From contig NC_134030.1 in NCBI RefSeq assembly GCF_964204645.1, positions 17,236,110-17,300,109 on the forward strand: 64,000 nt of DNA, in the 5' to 3' direction. The DNA comes from Tubulanus polymorphus (lineage: Eukaryota > Animalia > Nemertea). Below are positions 38,152-50,834 of this stretch, in pieces. The notes under the pieces were generated by a model, which did not search any database, was not told the origin of the DNA, and worked only from the letters and a program-made list of their open reading frames with translations. Numbering within the stretch: position 1 is the first letter of the stretch; the number at the start of each line of letters is the position of its first letter. The position numbers and the translations under genes were made by a program.

Positions 38152-38514
38152 GGTTAACAAGAATTGACTAGAATTCAAATAGATTTAACAAGAAATTCAA
38201 TAACTGTAACTGTTAGTATCACTCTAGTATTATTTCATTGTTTCTCTTATTGAATAAGCCAACTAACTAATATCACTCTTGTATTATCCTAGTCAAATGT
38301 AAAGAATTTACAATATCATACTTGAATGAATTAAAACATAAATTACTTCTTTTACTTCATTTTCAGAAATAAAGCATAATATGTATTTAATACCATTAAT
38401 ACGTATTTAATACCATTAATACGTATTTAATACATTGATACCTCAACCCTCCTTTAACGTAAATATAATTTACTTATTTTCATACATTTCAACTAATATA
38501 TTTTATATTTTCAG

Positions 38515-38838
38515 CTAATTTAACAGTCGATTTCTTATTTTGGAATCATATAATTTTTCATCAAGTTCATGAATATATTTATGAGTTTTTAAACTCTTTA
38601 AATTTTTATATCTTTTATTACATACTTCACAGCATTTAATATTATTCAATCTATCTGAAATATAATTTATATTTTCTATTAATTCAGTGTATCTAATTTT
38701 ACAGCAATCATAGAATTCTAACAACTGTTTTATACTATAAATTGAAAAAGAAAATAAACCTGTAAGCATAATAATTGATTTAATATTCTGTTGATTTTTA
38801 TATATTAGATGTAATAAGTTTAATATATTTTCACTCAT
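38515..38838 (-). CDS. Small protein with a hydrophobic segment and a C2H2 zinc finger
   Basis: CEVCNKRYKNLKSLKTHKYIH. AAATG start context shared with neighbouring ORFs. Confidence 0.6.
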   Translation of the reverse strand: MSENILNLLHLIYKNQQNIKSIIMLTGLFSFSIYSIKQLLEFYDCCKIRYTELIENINYISDRLNNIKCCEVCNKRYKNLKSLKTHKYIHELDEKLYDSKIRNRLLN

Positions 38839-38858
38839 TTATTTATTTAATTAATTCA

Positions 38859-39056
38859 CTAATCTGATTCAATAACTTTTTTATGATTATTTTTATTTCC
38901 ATTTAATTTTTTCAATTTCTTGCTCAATTTTATATTTTCATTCATCAAATCCTTACTAATATTCTCATAGTATAAATAAAGCGCAGCCAATATTAATCCT
39001 CCTGCTACAAGATAATGTTTCAAATCACTTTTCCCAGTTGGGATGAAACCATCCAT
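38859..39056 (-). CDS. Small putative single-pass membrane protein
   Basis: YLVAGGLILAALYLYY followed by a basic tail. AAATG start; tightly packed with its neighbours. Confidence 0.5.
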   Translation of the reverse strand: MDGFIPTGKSDLKHYLVAGGLILAALYLYYENISKDLMNENIKLSKKLKKLNGNKNNHKKVIESD

Positions 39057-39113
39057 TTATTTAAGAAAGAAATTAAACAGTTTATAAAATATTAAATATT
39101 TATATGTTTCAAT

Positions 39114-41390
39114 TCAAATAACAATTAAACTTACTACTAATTCTTTATGCCGCTGAGAATTATATTTTTGCTTGTGCGTAATCAATTTTATCACCTGATA
39201 TTCTGTTATATTATTCTTGATCATTTCTTTATCGAAAAATTCATTTGATATGTAAATATTTTCATCATTATGAATTAAAATTAGATGGCGCAATTTATTT
39301 CTAAAATATCTAGGATTAATGAAATCAATATTATATTCAGAATTATCTTTCAATAGTTCTAAACGCTCGCATTGCTTAATTTTCATATTGTTAAGTTTCA
39401 TTTTTCTTAAATGATCAGATTCTTTACGTATATCACATACATTTATGAAATCATTAGAATTTATCTTTAAATATTCAGTATATTTTTTCATCAATTCAAA
39501 ATCCATTTTATCAATTATTTCAAAATGATCGTGTGTTATCTTCTTTACTTGGAAAATAGGTTTTTCTAATTTTGATAAAATAAAGTGTCTATCAGGGCTA
39601 TGAACGCCTATTTTTAACTTTTTGATGATTTTTTCTATCGAAGACAATTCAAAATAATTATTATTTAATACGTCTAATTGTAATGTTTTTATCAATAATT
39701 CTCTTAAATCAGTAGTAGTTTCATAAAAGCCTTGATCTGTCAAAATATAACTGAAATAAAGATCTGTTATACATTTACATTGAGTTGAAAAACCTCTAAT
39801 TTCAAAAATTGTATTATTGTCAATTCCAGATATTTTAGGAGTATAATCATTTAATTTTACTTCAGGAATTATTTCAAGTTTTTTAAATTCTGTCTCAAAT
39901 AATTCATTATCAATATCTAATTGTTGCTTTAATTCATTACAAATTTTATTTCTATTTTCATCTATATCTTCTTGTAATTGTTTAAGTTCTTTCATTTCTT
40001 CTAACTTTTTAAATTCACTTTTAGATAATAATTTTAAATCAAAATCTTCTTCAATATCAAATGCATCTAATTTATAAAAAGGTTTAGATTTTATATTGTA
40101 TCTCTTTTTTAAAGTTGTAAAACTAATTCCTGTTTCACGTAATTTAAATCTAAATATAAATTTATTCAATACTGTAAACATTGAATTAGTTGAAGATATA
40201 ACAGTTGCTCCTTAAGTTTTAATATATTTTTTTGCTTCAATAATGAATTCTGATTTATCATCATTTTGATTAATTGTTAGGTATAAACATGGGATATTCT
40301 TAATTGTAAACATTGATAAAATAAGTAAAAAGGAGGACTCTTCAATATTTTTACTTATCCTAGATTTATATCCTATAAATTTCCTTGCTAATAAATCACC
40401 ATAATAACAGAAATAAAAGCATTTTTCAATCAAATCATAAATACATACAGTCTGTTGAACCTCATCAAATAATGATTTAAGTTGTAAATATGTAGGTGAA
40501 TAGTAAATATTTTCTTTTTTTAAGTATTGTTTTATTTTTTCCATCACTTTTAATCCTCTTTTAAATAAAATACTTGTTATTTCAATTCTAATCAATCCTG
40601 TTTCAATTGATTTTTCAAATGATTCTTTTAACCTCTCTTGATAGCAATTTATGTAACTCATTAAATTCGAACCGAAATTTATATTTACACCAGGAGATTT
40701 GAATTGACATGCTGTTTTATTATAGATCTTTATTTTATCATCCTTATGTAATGCTGAAACACAACTATTGGAAAATTCTTTTAGAACTTTATATTTTCTA
40801 TTTTCGAACATTGATTTTATTTCATCTGAATTAAATGATCCTTTAAAATCTTGTGTCACATCTACATCTAATATATTGTAATTTTTTTCATTTAATAATT
40901 TTTCAATATTATCCATTTTCTGTATTAATTCATTTAAATTTTGATTGCATAATGAAATTTTAAATACAGCAATATAATCTGTTAATTTTAATTCTTGATT
41001 AATTCTACTTAATATATATGATTTTGAATTATCATCATGAATTGTTAAAACACGTGTAATTTTTATAGCTAAGTTATCCAATATAATATCTCCTTGATTA
41101 AAACATTCTTTAATTTCATAATGTGTTATCTTTCTCTGATTAATGTTTAGAAAAGTTGTTCTATTTTCTTTTATAATTTCTTTTTCTAACATGATTTTAT
41201 ATAGCATTATATTATCGCAAAATATATCTGATGTTTCAATTAATTCATTATTTTCAGATTTATAATACTTATTTATATTTACTCCTGAAATATCTGCTAA
41301 ATTATTGTTAACAGTTAAATAATATAATATTGAATTTATATATTTATTACTCATGTCTTTCGCGGGAACTTTAATTAATCTTGTGCACAT
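39114..41390 (-). pseudogene. ~758-aa protein with Rep_trans-like initiator motifs (one in-frame stop at 40212-40214)
   Basis: ORFs 40212..41390 and 39114..40181 are in the same frame (..KYIKT*GATVISSTNSMFTV..). Motifs DVDVTQDF, KIKIYNK and LIRIEIT. Confidence 0.55.
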
Positions 41391-41479
41391 TTATATATCA
41401 AATTTTTATTAAAATAGGTTAAAATTCAAAAAGAGTTAGAGTTCGCTGAAACCTTACGCTTTAAAATATTTTTTTACCC

Positions 41480-41794
41480 TTATTGGTATACGAAATAGAA
41501 ATCTCCAGAACATAATTCTTCTAGATCTTCACTTGATAATCTAAGAAATCTATCTGGTAAATATGTTCTAAATTTATGTGTATTTCCTTTTAATCCTTCA
41601 TATTCTAAGTGTATAACTAATTTATCTCCATAGTTATTAGTAACTGTAACAATATTTGTAATTAGATATTTCTTATGGATTATTAATTCTGTTAACTTTT
41701 TGAATTTATAATCTACAGATTTTACATTTGTAGTATCTTTAATTCTAGCTAGAAATAATTTGTTGTTCTCACTGTGTGCTTGTTTACTCTCCAT
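41480..41794 (-). CDS. Putative OB-fold ssDNA-binding protein (Polinton-associated small ORF)
   Basis: FKKLTEL..KY.I..I..VTNNYG..LV..L...YLPDRF pattern, immediately downstream of pPolB. Confidence 0.5.
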   Translation of the reverse strand: MESKQAHSENNKLFLARIKDTTNVKSVDYKFKKLTELIIHKKYLITNIVTVTNNYGDKLVIHLEYEGLKGNTHKFRTYLPDRFLRLSSEDLEELCSGDFYFVYQ

Positions 41795-41823
41795 TTATAA
41801 TACATATTTTTATTAAGATTTGA

Positions 41824-44800
41824 TTAACACGTTAGAATTCTTTTCATTATCTCGTTCTCTTTTGTTTCTTCTCTTTTAAATTTTAAGTATTCATCTAAAT
41901 TACAACCATAAGCAACTGTATGAATTCCATCATCTAATATATATCGTTTATCATCAAATGGGTTTAGACTTATCTTTTCAATTTCTTCAATAAACATTTC
42001 GTGGTACTCAGATCTTAAACATCTCATCTTATGTTTTCTAACTTCTTCATTGAATATACAATTGATGTAATCTTTGAAATGAATATTCTTTTCTACTACA
42101 CTTTTGGTTATTCCTTTTAACTTTTTAGCTTCATGTTCTTTAGTTTTATATGAATACATTTTAGATCGAATACCTATGAATTCAATCATTTCTTCACCAC
42201 CTAATTCATCTTTGAATTTACCGGGAACCTTTTTAATATCATTGCTAACCAATTCATGATCTTTAGGATAATTACTAAAATCAAAATGATGTTTTAATGT
42301 TTTTAAATCATCAGTTATGTTATCAGTTTTTATCTTTAATATGTAAGAATCTGTATCAAAATATAATATTTCTATATGTTTTTATCCAAAAAGTGGTTGT
42401 AATATATTATAATAGAATTCATACATTAGTAATTTTGATAATTCTAAAACTGAAGCGCCAACATAGATTGGTTTATTAAATTTCATTGATGTTCTTCTCA
42501 TCTTAACTGCAGCTAAATTTTCATCAAATATTCTGTTACCTATAAATTTAGGATATGTTTGTAAATACCTTATCCTTTTGCCATTACTTACTAACTCAAT
42601 ATCATTTCTATTTCTAATATTTTCACAAGTCTTACCATAGAATGCATTATTCATTAACTTGAAGAAATCTTTCTCGAAATCAGTTTTAGCTTTAGTTCTC
42701 TGTTTGGTGTTAAAATCTATATATTTTTCTAACCATTTAGATTGACTAAATGAAATATATCTATGTACTTTTTTTAGAACCATTCCTTGATTCAAATAAA
42801 ACTTTAACATTCTATAATGTACTACATAATTATATTTATCTTCTTGAGTTACCATTAACTTTTCTGTATAAATATGATTTTCAGGTTTAATTCTTTTTTG
42901 GTAATTTGATAATTCTTCATGAGTTACAGTTTTATGTTCTGGACAGTAAGCTAGATTTCTAGATTTAAATTTTTTATCTTCAGGATATTCTAAATCTGCA
43001 ACAAAGAAGTAACCAGTATTTGAATCATCTGCAATATCTAGGATTCTTTTCTTCCAATCAAATTTATCATCATTTTCATTCTGTAAAACTTCAGTTAATT
43101 CAAATACTCCATAAGGTTGTGGTTCCATCATTGCCCAACCATACAAATTATTTGCATCTATATATAATCACTTATATCCGGGGTTATCATTTACATTGAA
43201 ATATCTATCACCTAATACACCTGAAACACCTCCTCTTATAGATTTTTCAAATAATAATAATAGATCTATATTTGTTATATTTGTTAACAAATACGTTTTT
43301 ATATCTGTAAATTTTAATCCACAATCCCATGTTAATCCTGGACTTGAATAACAATGACAAGGATCAATATTAAAATATTTTAGGTTTACATCTCTAAACC
43401 TTTCGAATATATCGGTTAATAATAATACATCTGATTTTAAATATAAATCTACTAATTGCCCATGATTTTCTATTTTGAAATGATTCCAAATATTCAATGT
43501 TCTATTATAGACTTCATCTTTAACATATTCATTTTTTAATTCATCATAGAATTGTTCTTTCAATAATTCAGTTATATTGAAATCATTATGTGATTTATAA
43601 AATGAATATGGAATTGCTCCTTTATATCTCATTAATTGAAAATCATCATTATTTGGGTAATATTCTTTTAATATCTTTAATTCATCATCAACTAATGATT
43701 TTGATAAGTTATCTAATGAACTATTTAAAAATCTATATGAATCTATAAATCTTAAACACCCAAATTGGAATGATATATAATTCTCAGATGTTTTAGCTAA
43801 CATTCTAAATTTATAAGTTGGTATTTTATCTTTTGATCTATTTGAATTTAATATTTCTATTTCATTATTGATTTCTTCTATTTTATGGCATAACTGTTTG
43901 ATAAATAAATGTGCATCATATCCAGATAGATTATGAAATATAACTGGAACAAAGTTAATTTTCTTAGCTTGTAAGTTACAATTCTCATGTGCAGCGCCTC
44001 TAAACTTTCCATTCAAATGATCATGGTCTCTTACTTTTTTATCTTTATAATTAAATATCTTTTCACAATAATAACGTTTATCTGAAAACTCAAATTCTTC
44101 TTTATCTTCTTCTGTCATTATAATTTCTATATTTGTATTCAATAATTTACTAAATCTTATTTCATATTCAATTAATAAGTCACAAAAATGATTGATAACA
44201 TTTTCATTTCTGTAATGATAATATTCACTTTCAATTAGTTCTGGATAATCGGATTTAATATATAACCCGAAAGCTGCAGCTGATTGATAAATCTTTTTAA
44301 TAGTATTTGTTTTTGGTGGTTCATCTGAAAAATCATTTTCATTAGAATTTAATTTCTTTCTTTTAAAATATATTTCTTTTCTATCTTGATCAGTTAATTC
44401 TTTATTTAATGATTCAAAATCTCCATATATTACAAATGGTACTTTATTTTTGTAATCATATTTTTTGAATTCTAATATTTTATCTTTTTCATTTGGTAAA
44501 ACTAATTTACAATAATCATGATTTTCACATAATTGTTTATGATTTAATAATGTACTTTCATTACTGAATCTATGTAAACATTTTCTACAAAGATATATTT
44601 TATGGTGATCATTTTCTGATTTAAAAAATAAATCTATTTGTTTAATCCACATATAATGATTCTCATAATATAATATATCTATGACATCGTTTGAATCATA
44701 ATCTTTTGATAGGTATAAAGGTTCTAATGTATAATGTTTTATGTTGTTACCTTTTGTATTTGGTAATTTGATTAAATCAAATACATTTATCTTTATATTA

Positions 44801-45864
44801 TTATCTCTTTCTATTTTTGGGATGTCTTTAATTATAACAGGATACTTATCTATCTTATAATTATTTTCAAATGGTTTATAATGAGTTAATCTACAAATAT
44901 TATAAGTTGCAGGATGTAAACAACTTATCATAGCCCATAGAAAACATTTATTATCAAAATTTTGTACATTTATTACAGCATTAGTTTTAAATGGTAGTTT
45001 AATATAACTTGTTCCATTTATACTATCATCTTTATCATATGATAAATTATTTTCATCAATTGGTTTTGATTTAGTTAACTTATTATATTTTGTGTTATAA
45101 ACATGTAAAGTCATAAATATTATTTCATCAAATATTAAACCAGATCCTTCAAAATATTGCTCTTCTATTTTAGTTTTTACTTCATTATAACATTTATCTA
45201 ATTTATCATCTATATGTTGTTTTGAAATAATATGTTGTGAATGAGAATTTATATTATATATTGGTTTATCTTCAGATTTTATAAACTTTACTTTAGAAGA
45301 TATACTTATTTTAGGATATTCAACATCTGTAATTATTTTTATTATTTCTTTCATATTTTCTAAATGTTTTTTATTTTCTTCTAATGTTTTTCCTTTATGA
45401 AATTTAAACTCGATAGCTGCTGGACCAATATCACTTTTAAATGCTTCGGTTATCTCTATATCTTTTTTATTATCTAATGAATTAATAAAATTTCTTACAT
45501 CTTCCATGTATGGTCTTTTATTGTTTAATTTATTTTTTATGCTTTTAATTGTCTTCTGTTTCTTATCACTATCTTTATCAAAATAATCTTCTCCTAAAAT
45601 ATTATTATTCTTATTTCTAATATGACTTTTAGATTTTAAATGCTCATTATAATATCTTTTATCACTGAATGATTGATTACATGTATCACATTTGTATGTT
45701 TCTTTTTCATTCTTTAATTCTTCTAATTTAGTTTCTAATATATCATCTTTATATTCTAGTTTCAATTTATTCTCTAAATGTGTTTTAGTTTTATTGTGTC
45801 TTGCTTTTTGGGATTTATCTATATTGATATAACATGTTGGGCAGTAGTACTTACTTGCTTCCAT
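41824..45864 (-). pseudogene. Protein-primed family B DNA polymerase (pPolB), ~1346 aa, two in-frame stops
   Basis: Single frame with stops at 43168 and 42382. N-terminal zinc fingers; VIYGDFES, VRDHDHLNGKFRGAAHENCN, FHNLSGYD, FIDS, YIDANNLYG, KLMNNAFYGK, YFDTDS, GKFKDE and KLKGI motifs. Confidence 0.95.
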
Positions 45865-45944
45865 TTTAATACTAAATTTTTTATTAAAATTGATTTTAGA
45901 AGTTCAATGATTTAAATGTTATTCATTTATATGAATATTTTAAG

Positions 45945-46303
45945 AGTAATAGGGGTAATGGGCTTTCGGGTTAAAGGTCGAATGGTCGAGTTCATCAAAA
46001 AACAAAACATTAAAAGTAATTAAAAACTATAATATATTTTCATAACCGTGTGTATTTCAGTTGAATAATAGAATAATTATTATCATTTGAATATATTTGA
46101 TTACATGAATTTGTGTATTGTAAATAATACAATATGCTTTTTAGATTATTGATATCTTAGAATGATAATAATTATTCTATTATTCAACTGAAATACACAC
46201 GGTTATGAAAATATATTATAGTTTTTAATTACTTTTAATGTTTTGTTTTTTAATGAGCTCGACCCTTCGACCTTTGATCTGAAAGCCCATTACCCCTATT
46301 ACT
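45945..46303. repeat. Polinton-like element 1 terminus: 359-bp fold-back palindrome
   Basis: AGTAATAGGGGTAATGGGCTTTC at 45945 and its reverse complement ending at 46303. Arms are ~140 bp. Confidence 0.9.
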
Positions 46304-49300
46304 GTCATCAAATCTACAGGCAACGTGATTTCTCTGCCAAACATGAGTTTATTTGGGCTGAAACCTGTCGTATCGTGAATAGTGGCTCTATAGGCCATTG
46401 TAATCAAATTTAAATGTTGATCCCAGGTAGATTCGTCTTCCTCCACTTTCATCGCAAGGCTCATTAATAAAGTTCTGTTGAAACGTTCCACCATTCCATC
46501 TTACGTACATCTGGTCTGATGAATATCCAGTAATCTACATAGTTCCTTCATCAAACCAGATTGAAAATTTCGTCCTTGATCGGTGTGTAAAATTCTTGGT
46601 GTACCGATTGAACCGTGAAATGAATTCATCTACAAGCTTCTTCGCCACTGTCTCGGCTTCCATGTTAGTAAGAGCAAATGCTTCAACCCACTTGGAAAAG
46701 TAGTCACTTATAACTAAAATATAAAGATTGCCATCATTCGTCTCTGGTAATGGGCCTAAAATATCTAGAGCAATTCGTTCCAATGGTTCGCCTAGTTGTA
46801 AATCTTCATACTATTTCTCGAGTTGCCAGATTTCGATTTCCTTTTCTGACACGGGATACAACTTCTACAGAATAATTTCACGTCTTCGAGAATGTCATAC
46901 CAATAAAATCTAGAGTGAACTAGGTGAATGGTTTTCTTCACGCCAAAATGTGCAGAAGTAGTAGATGCATATACTTGTCTTAAGACTTCCCTTCGGTACT
47001 CAGAAGGTAAAAGTAATAACGTCGAATCTGGAAGATTTTCTCTTTTCTTAATGATATACAATACACCATCGATCTTCTTCACAGATTTCCAATGGGTCCG
47101 GAAAAATTTACTAGCCAAACTCTTGTCTGAAATCTGAGACCAAGACGGACGTTCTGGATTGTCGATATATTTAAATATCCAACCACATTATGGATCTTTA
47201 AGTTGACCGCTACTCATCTCTTTTGGTGACCATTCTTTGTTGGGTAGATATTCTGAAAATCATTTCTATCAGAAGTTACGTTGATTTGTCTGATATATTT
47301 TCTCTTTTCAGCTCTGACCTCTGAACACGCTCCATTGATCCGATCACACTGCCGGCAAGGAATACTAGATAATGCATCAGCATTACCGTGACTACGTCCT
47401 GGTCTGTGAATGATCTCAAAATCATATAAATTCAGAACGGAGATCCATCGAGCGACTTGTGCTTCAGGTTCTCGAAATGACATCGGCCATTTTAGCGATG
47501 CGTGATCAGTCCGTACTGTAAAGCGTTTATCAGCTAGGTAATATTTGAAATATTTTACAAAAACTACCACTGCCAATAATTCTCTCCGAGTTACACAGTA
47601 ATTTCTCTCTGTTTTTGATAAACATCGACTTCCACAAGCGATTATCCTCTCTTTTCCATCTTGTATTTGGCTAACTACGCCTCCTATTGCTAAAGCTGAA
47701 GCATCTGTGTCTAATATAAAAGGAAGATCTGGATCAGGGAATGCTAATATAGGTGCATTTATAAGCATCTTTTTAAGAACTTTAAACGCGTCTTCGCATT
47801 CAGTCGACCAAGTAAAAGGTTTTCCTTTCTCCGTCAGTCCATGCAAGGGTTTAGCAACACCTGCGAAACCTTCACAAAATGAACGATAGTAAGAAGCCAA
47901 TCCTAAAAAGATCTGATTTCGGTGACGTTTTTGGGAGTCGGCCAATTCTTAATCGCTAAAATTTTGTCTTCACTACAGATAATTCCTTTGGAAGAAATGG
48001 TGTGTCCTAAGAAACGAACAGAAGTTTCAAAGAAATCACACTTCTTGGGTTTGAGTTTTAATCTAGCCATCCGTAAACGATCAAAAACCATCCGAAGATT
48101 CCCTATCATTGATGTAAAACTATCAGCATGTACTAAAACGTCATCTAGATAAGCCAACGCTATCTCAGGGAGTAAACCGTCTAAGACATTTTCCATTAAT
48201 CTCTGAAATGTAGCTCCACTGTTCTTTAACCCCATCGGCATTTTCCGGAATTGAAAGAGTTCCTTGCCTCCTACTACAAAAGCTGTTTTCTCTTTCGTGA
48301 CTTCGTGCACCCTCACTTGCCAGTAGCCCGAAGCCAAGTCCATTGTGCTGAAATATTTAACGCTCGATAACGACCGAATAGTATCGTCGGTCCTAGGAAG
48401 TGGGTAACTGTCTGCTTTGGTAACTTCATTAACTTATCTGTAATCAAGACATAGTCGGATATAGTGTTATCGGATTTCCTGACAACAACAATACTACTAC
48501 ACCATGATTTCCCAATAACTTTGGCTTCTAACATATCGTCAATCAATTTGTTGACTTCGGTTTGTGTTGCTATAGGTAATCTCCTAAATCGTTGTTTAAT
48601 AGGTGGTGCTTCTCCAACTTCGATATGATGAGAAACTCCTCTCGCTTCGCCTAGATCTAGATTGGTTCTTGCGAAAATATCAGAATATTCGGTTAATAAG
48701 CGTTTTACTTCTAGGGATTCGGATTCATCAAGTTCTAGGCAACTACGTTTATATAAATCTTCTAAAAATTCTGGTAAATCTTCCTTTGATTTCGTGGTAT
48801 TCTCATTCTGCTTTGAGTGATACACCGCTTTTACTTCATTTAATACAGCTAATGGAGTTCCGCTATGAACTATCCTCGGTTTGTCACTTAGATTCATCGC
48901 TCTAACAGCGTAGGACTTATTGTTTAAATCTACTAGTTCTTTAGCAACACAAAGATCGTTGCCAAGTTTCCAACTATTTGACGTTTCTAAGATGGCCCAC
49001 TTGCCATCGGGTGGAATTGAGTTAATATATGAGGGAATTATCACCTCTGACATAGCAGGAATAACTACTTTCTTCAAACTTCTGACTTTGGTTAAGTTCA
49101 TCTTTCGTTTGTCATCGGATTTTTCACTCAATTGTCGACCTTGACAAATTACTGTCTTTCGTCCTGGATATATCTGGCAATCGTAAGCAGTTAAAAAGTC
49201 CATTCCTAATATGGCATCGTCTGAAATATCAGCTATTAAAACATCCCAGTTAATAGTTTCTTCGAACAAGCCTAATGATACTCGTATGGTTCCTAATACT

Positions 49301-50302
49301 TCGATTTGATTTTCATCCGCAGAAAATAATTTCATGTTAGTTTCTCGCAAACGTCCGCAAACGTTCTTATTTGATTTATTTCATAAAATATTCGTTTGCT
49401 CCATATCGTTCGTTGTGATCCGGTATCAACTAAATAATTCACATCTCGTCCATCAATATATGCAGATAGGTGAATCGAATTATGTACAGATTTGGACATC
49501 ACAGCTAATTTTAAATGCATCTCGTCATTTACATCATATATATCTCGTTAATTTTTCGGAGGTAACAAATTTCTCAAAGTTGTCACTTCCTCCTCAGCGA
49601 CAACGGCCCTTCGTTTCCCGAAAATCGTTGTGGCCTTCGTTCAGACTTTTTAAGTATAGGACAATTCGTCCGATAATGTCCCAATTCATTACACTCATAA
49701 CATTGTATTTTCTGAATATCTCGCTCTCACCTGGCGGCTCTGACATAATCGTGATTATCATATCGATTTACAAATCTAGATTCTAATTCGCTAATTTTTT
49801 GAGTAATATGAGCTATCATATTATCTTGGGGATCTTCTCGGACTCTTCTCACTTGCGAATACACCGTACTTCTCTGTCGAGAGTCTTCCAAATTATTGAT
49901 CATCTCAAGTTCCATTGCGTAAGAAATTAAAGCTTCAAAGGAAGAAACCTCTTTCTGGTATAATAGAATACGTGTATCTCGCTCTCCCATAGCTTCAATG
50001 AAATGATTGCGACAGAGTCTGTCTTTCTGCTCATAATGTACTCCAGATTAGCCGTTGTTAAAATATATTGCCCGAGTTCCCTCAAGCTTTCGCCTCGTCT
50101 TCTTCTTCTTGTTCTCAATTCCGCCATATAAACCTCTGATCGTTTATTGGGTCCAAATCTAGTAGCTAATGCTTGAAACAATTTAATCGAGCCATCCGTC
50201 AGGAAATATAGTACAAGCTAATTGTCTTGCAGATCCTAGAAGATGAGCAAACAGATAATCTGCCTTGTGTTGTTTGTTCCAATTATTAATTCTGTCAATC
50301 AC
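46304..50302 (-). mobile_element. Gypsy/Ty3 LTR retrotransposon internal region (gag-PR-RT-RH-INT), decayed
   Basis: Gag CYECNELGHYRTNC; PR LVDTGS; RT DLASGYWQ, MPMGLKNSGATFQ and YLDD; RH DTDAS, RELLA and TDHASL; INT ALDILGP, DYFSKW and VERFNRTL. Gypsy domain order, many frameshifts, no LTR seen. Confidence 0.95.
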
Positions 50303-50572
50303 AGTAATAGGGATAATAGGCTTTCATACCAAAGGTCGAAAGGTCGAGCTCATAAAAAAATTAAAAATATGAAAATAATAACAATTTCTATTTGAATTAG
50401 TAGCGAATCTCATAAAAAATGAAAAATAATTCTCGCACACTCGAAATTATTTTTCATTTTATATGAGTTTCACTCCTAATTCAAATAGAAATTATTATTA
50501 TTTTCATATTTTTCATTTTTTACTCACTAGCCCTTTCAACCTTTGATATGAAAGCCTATTATCCCTATTACT
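50303..50572. repeat. Element 2 terminus: 270-bp imperfect fold-back palindrome
   Basis: AGTAATAGGGATAATAGGCTTTCATA ... TATGAAAGCCTATTATCCCTATTACT. Confidence 0.9.
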
Positions 50573-50834
50573 CTTAAAATAATCATATACATGAATAAAA
50601 TATAAATGAACAACATATATAAGTAATTAGAAAAGTAGGCTTTCAGATCAGAGTACAAGAGTACGAGCTCTTATAGAATAGATATATAGATATATCTTAA
50701 ACATATTTCAATATTTATATTTGTATGAGTTAGATTTTTAAACATTAAAAGTGTTAGTAAAGTGTGATTGAAATAATTCATATATATACATGAATAACAT
50801 ATAAATGAATAACTTCTAAAATCAATTTAGTAAA

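Larger units (their letters stand above)
37940..46303 (-). mobile_element. Polinton/Maverick-like element 1 (replication module)
   Basis: AGTAATAG terminus at 46303 and 6-bp TSD GATGAC. pPolB and co-oriented intronless AT-rich ORFs. Confidence 0.8.

Noticed and set aside
45945-50572. Hairpins as the LTRs or TIRs of a composite element enclosing the Gypsy fragment
   Set aside because: The Gypsy reading frame is cut at both hairpins, the TSD GATGAC pairs 46304 with 36496, and the two hairpins differ internally. The inner flanks are long shared element sequence rather than a short TSD.
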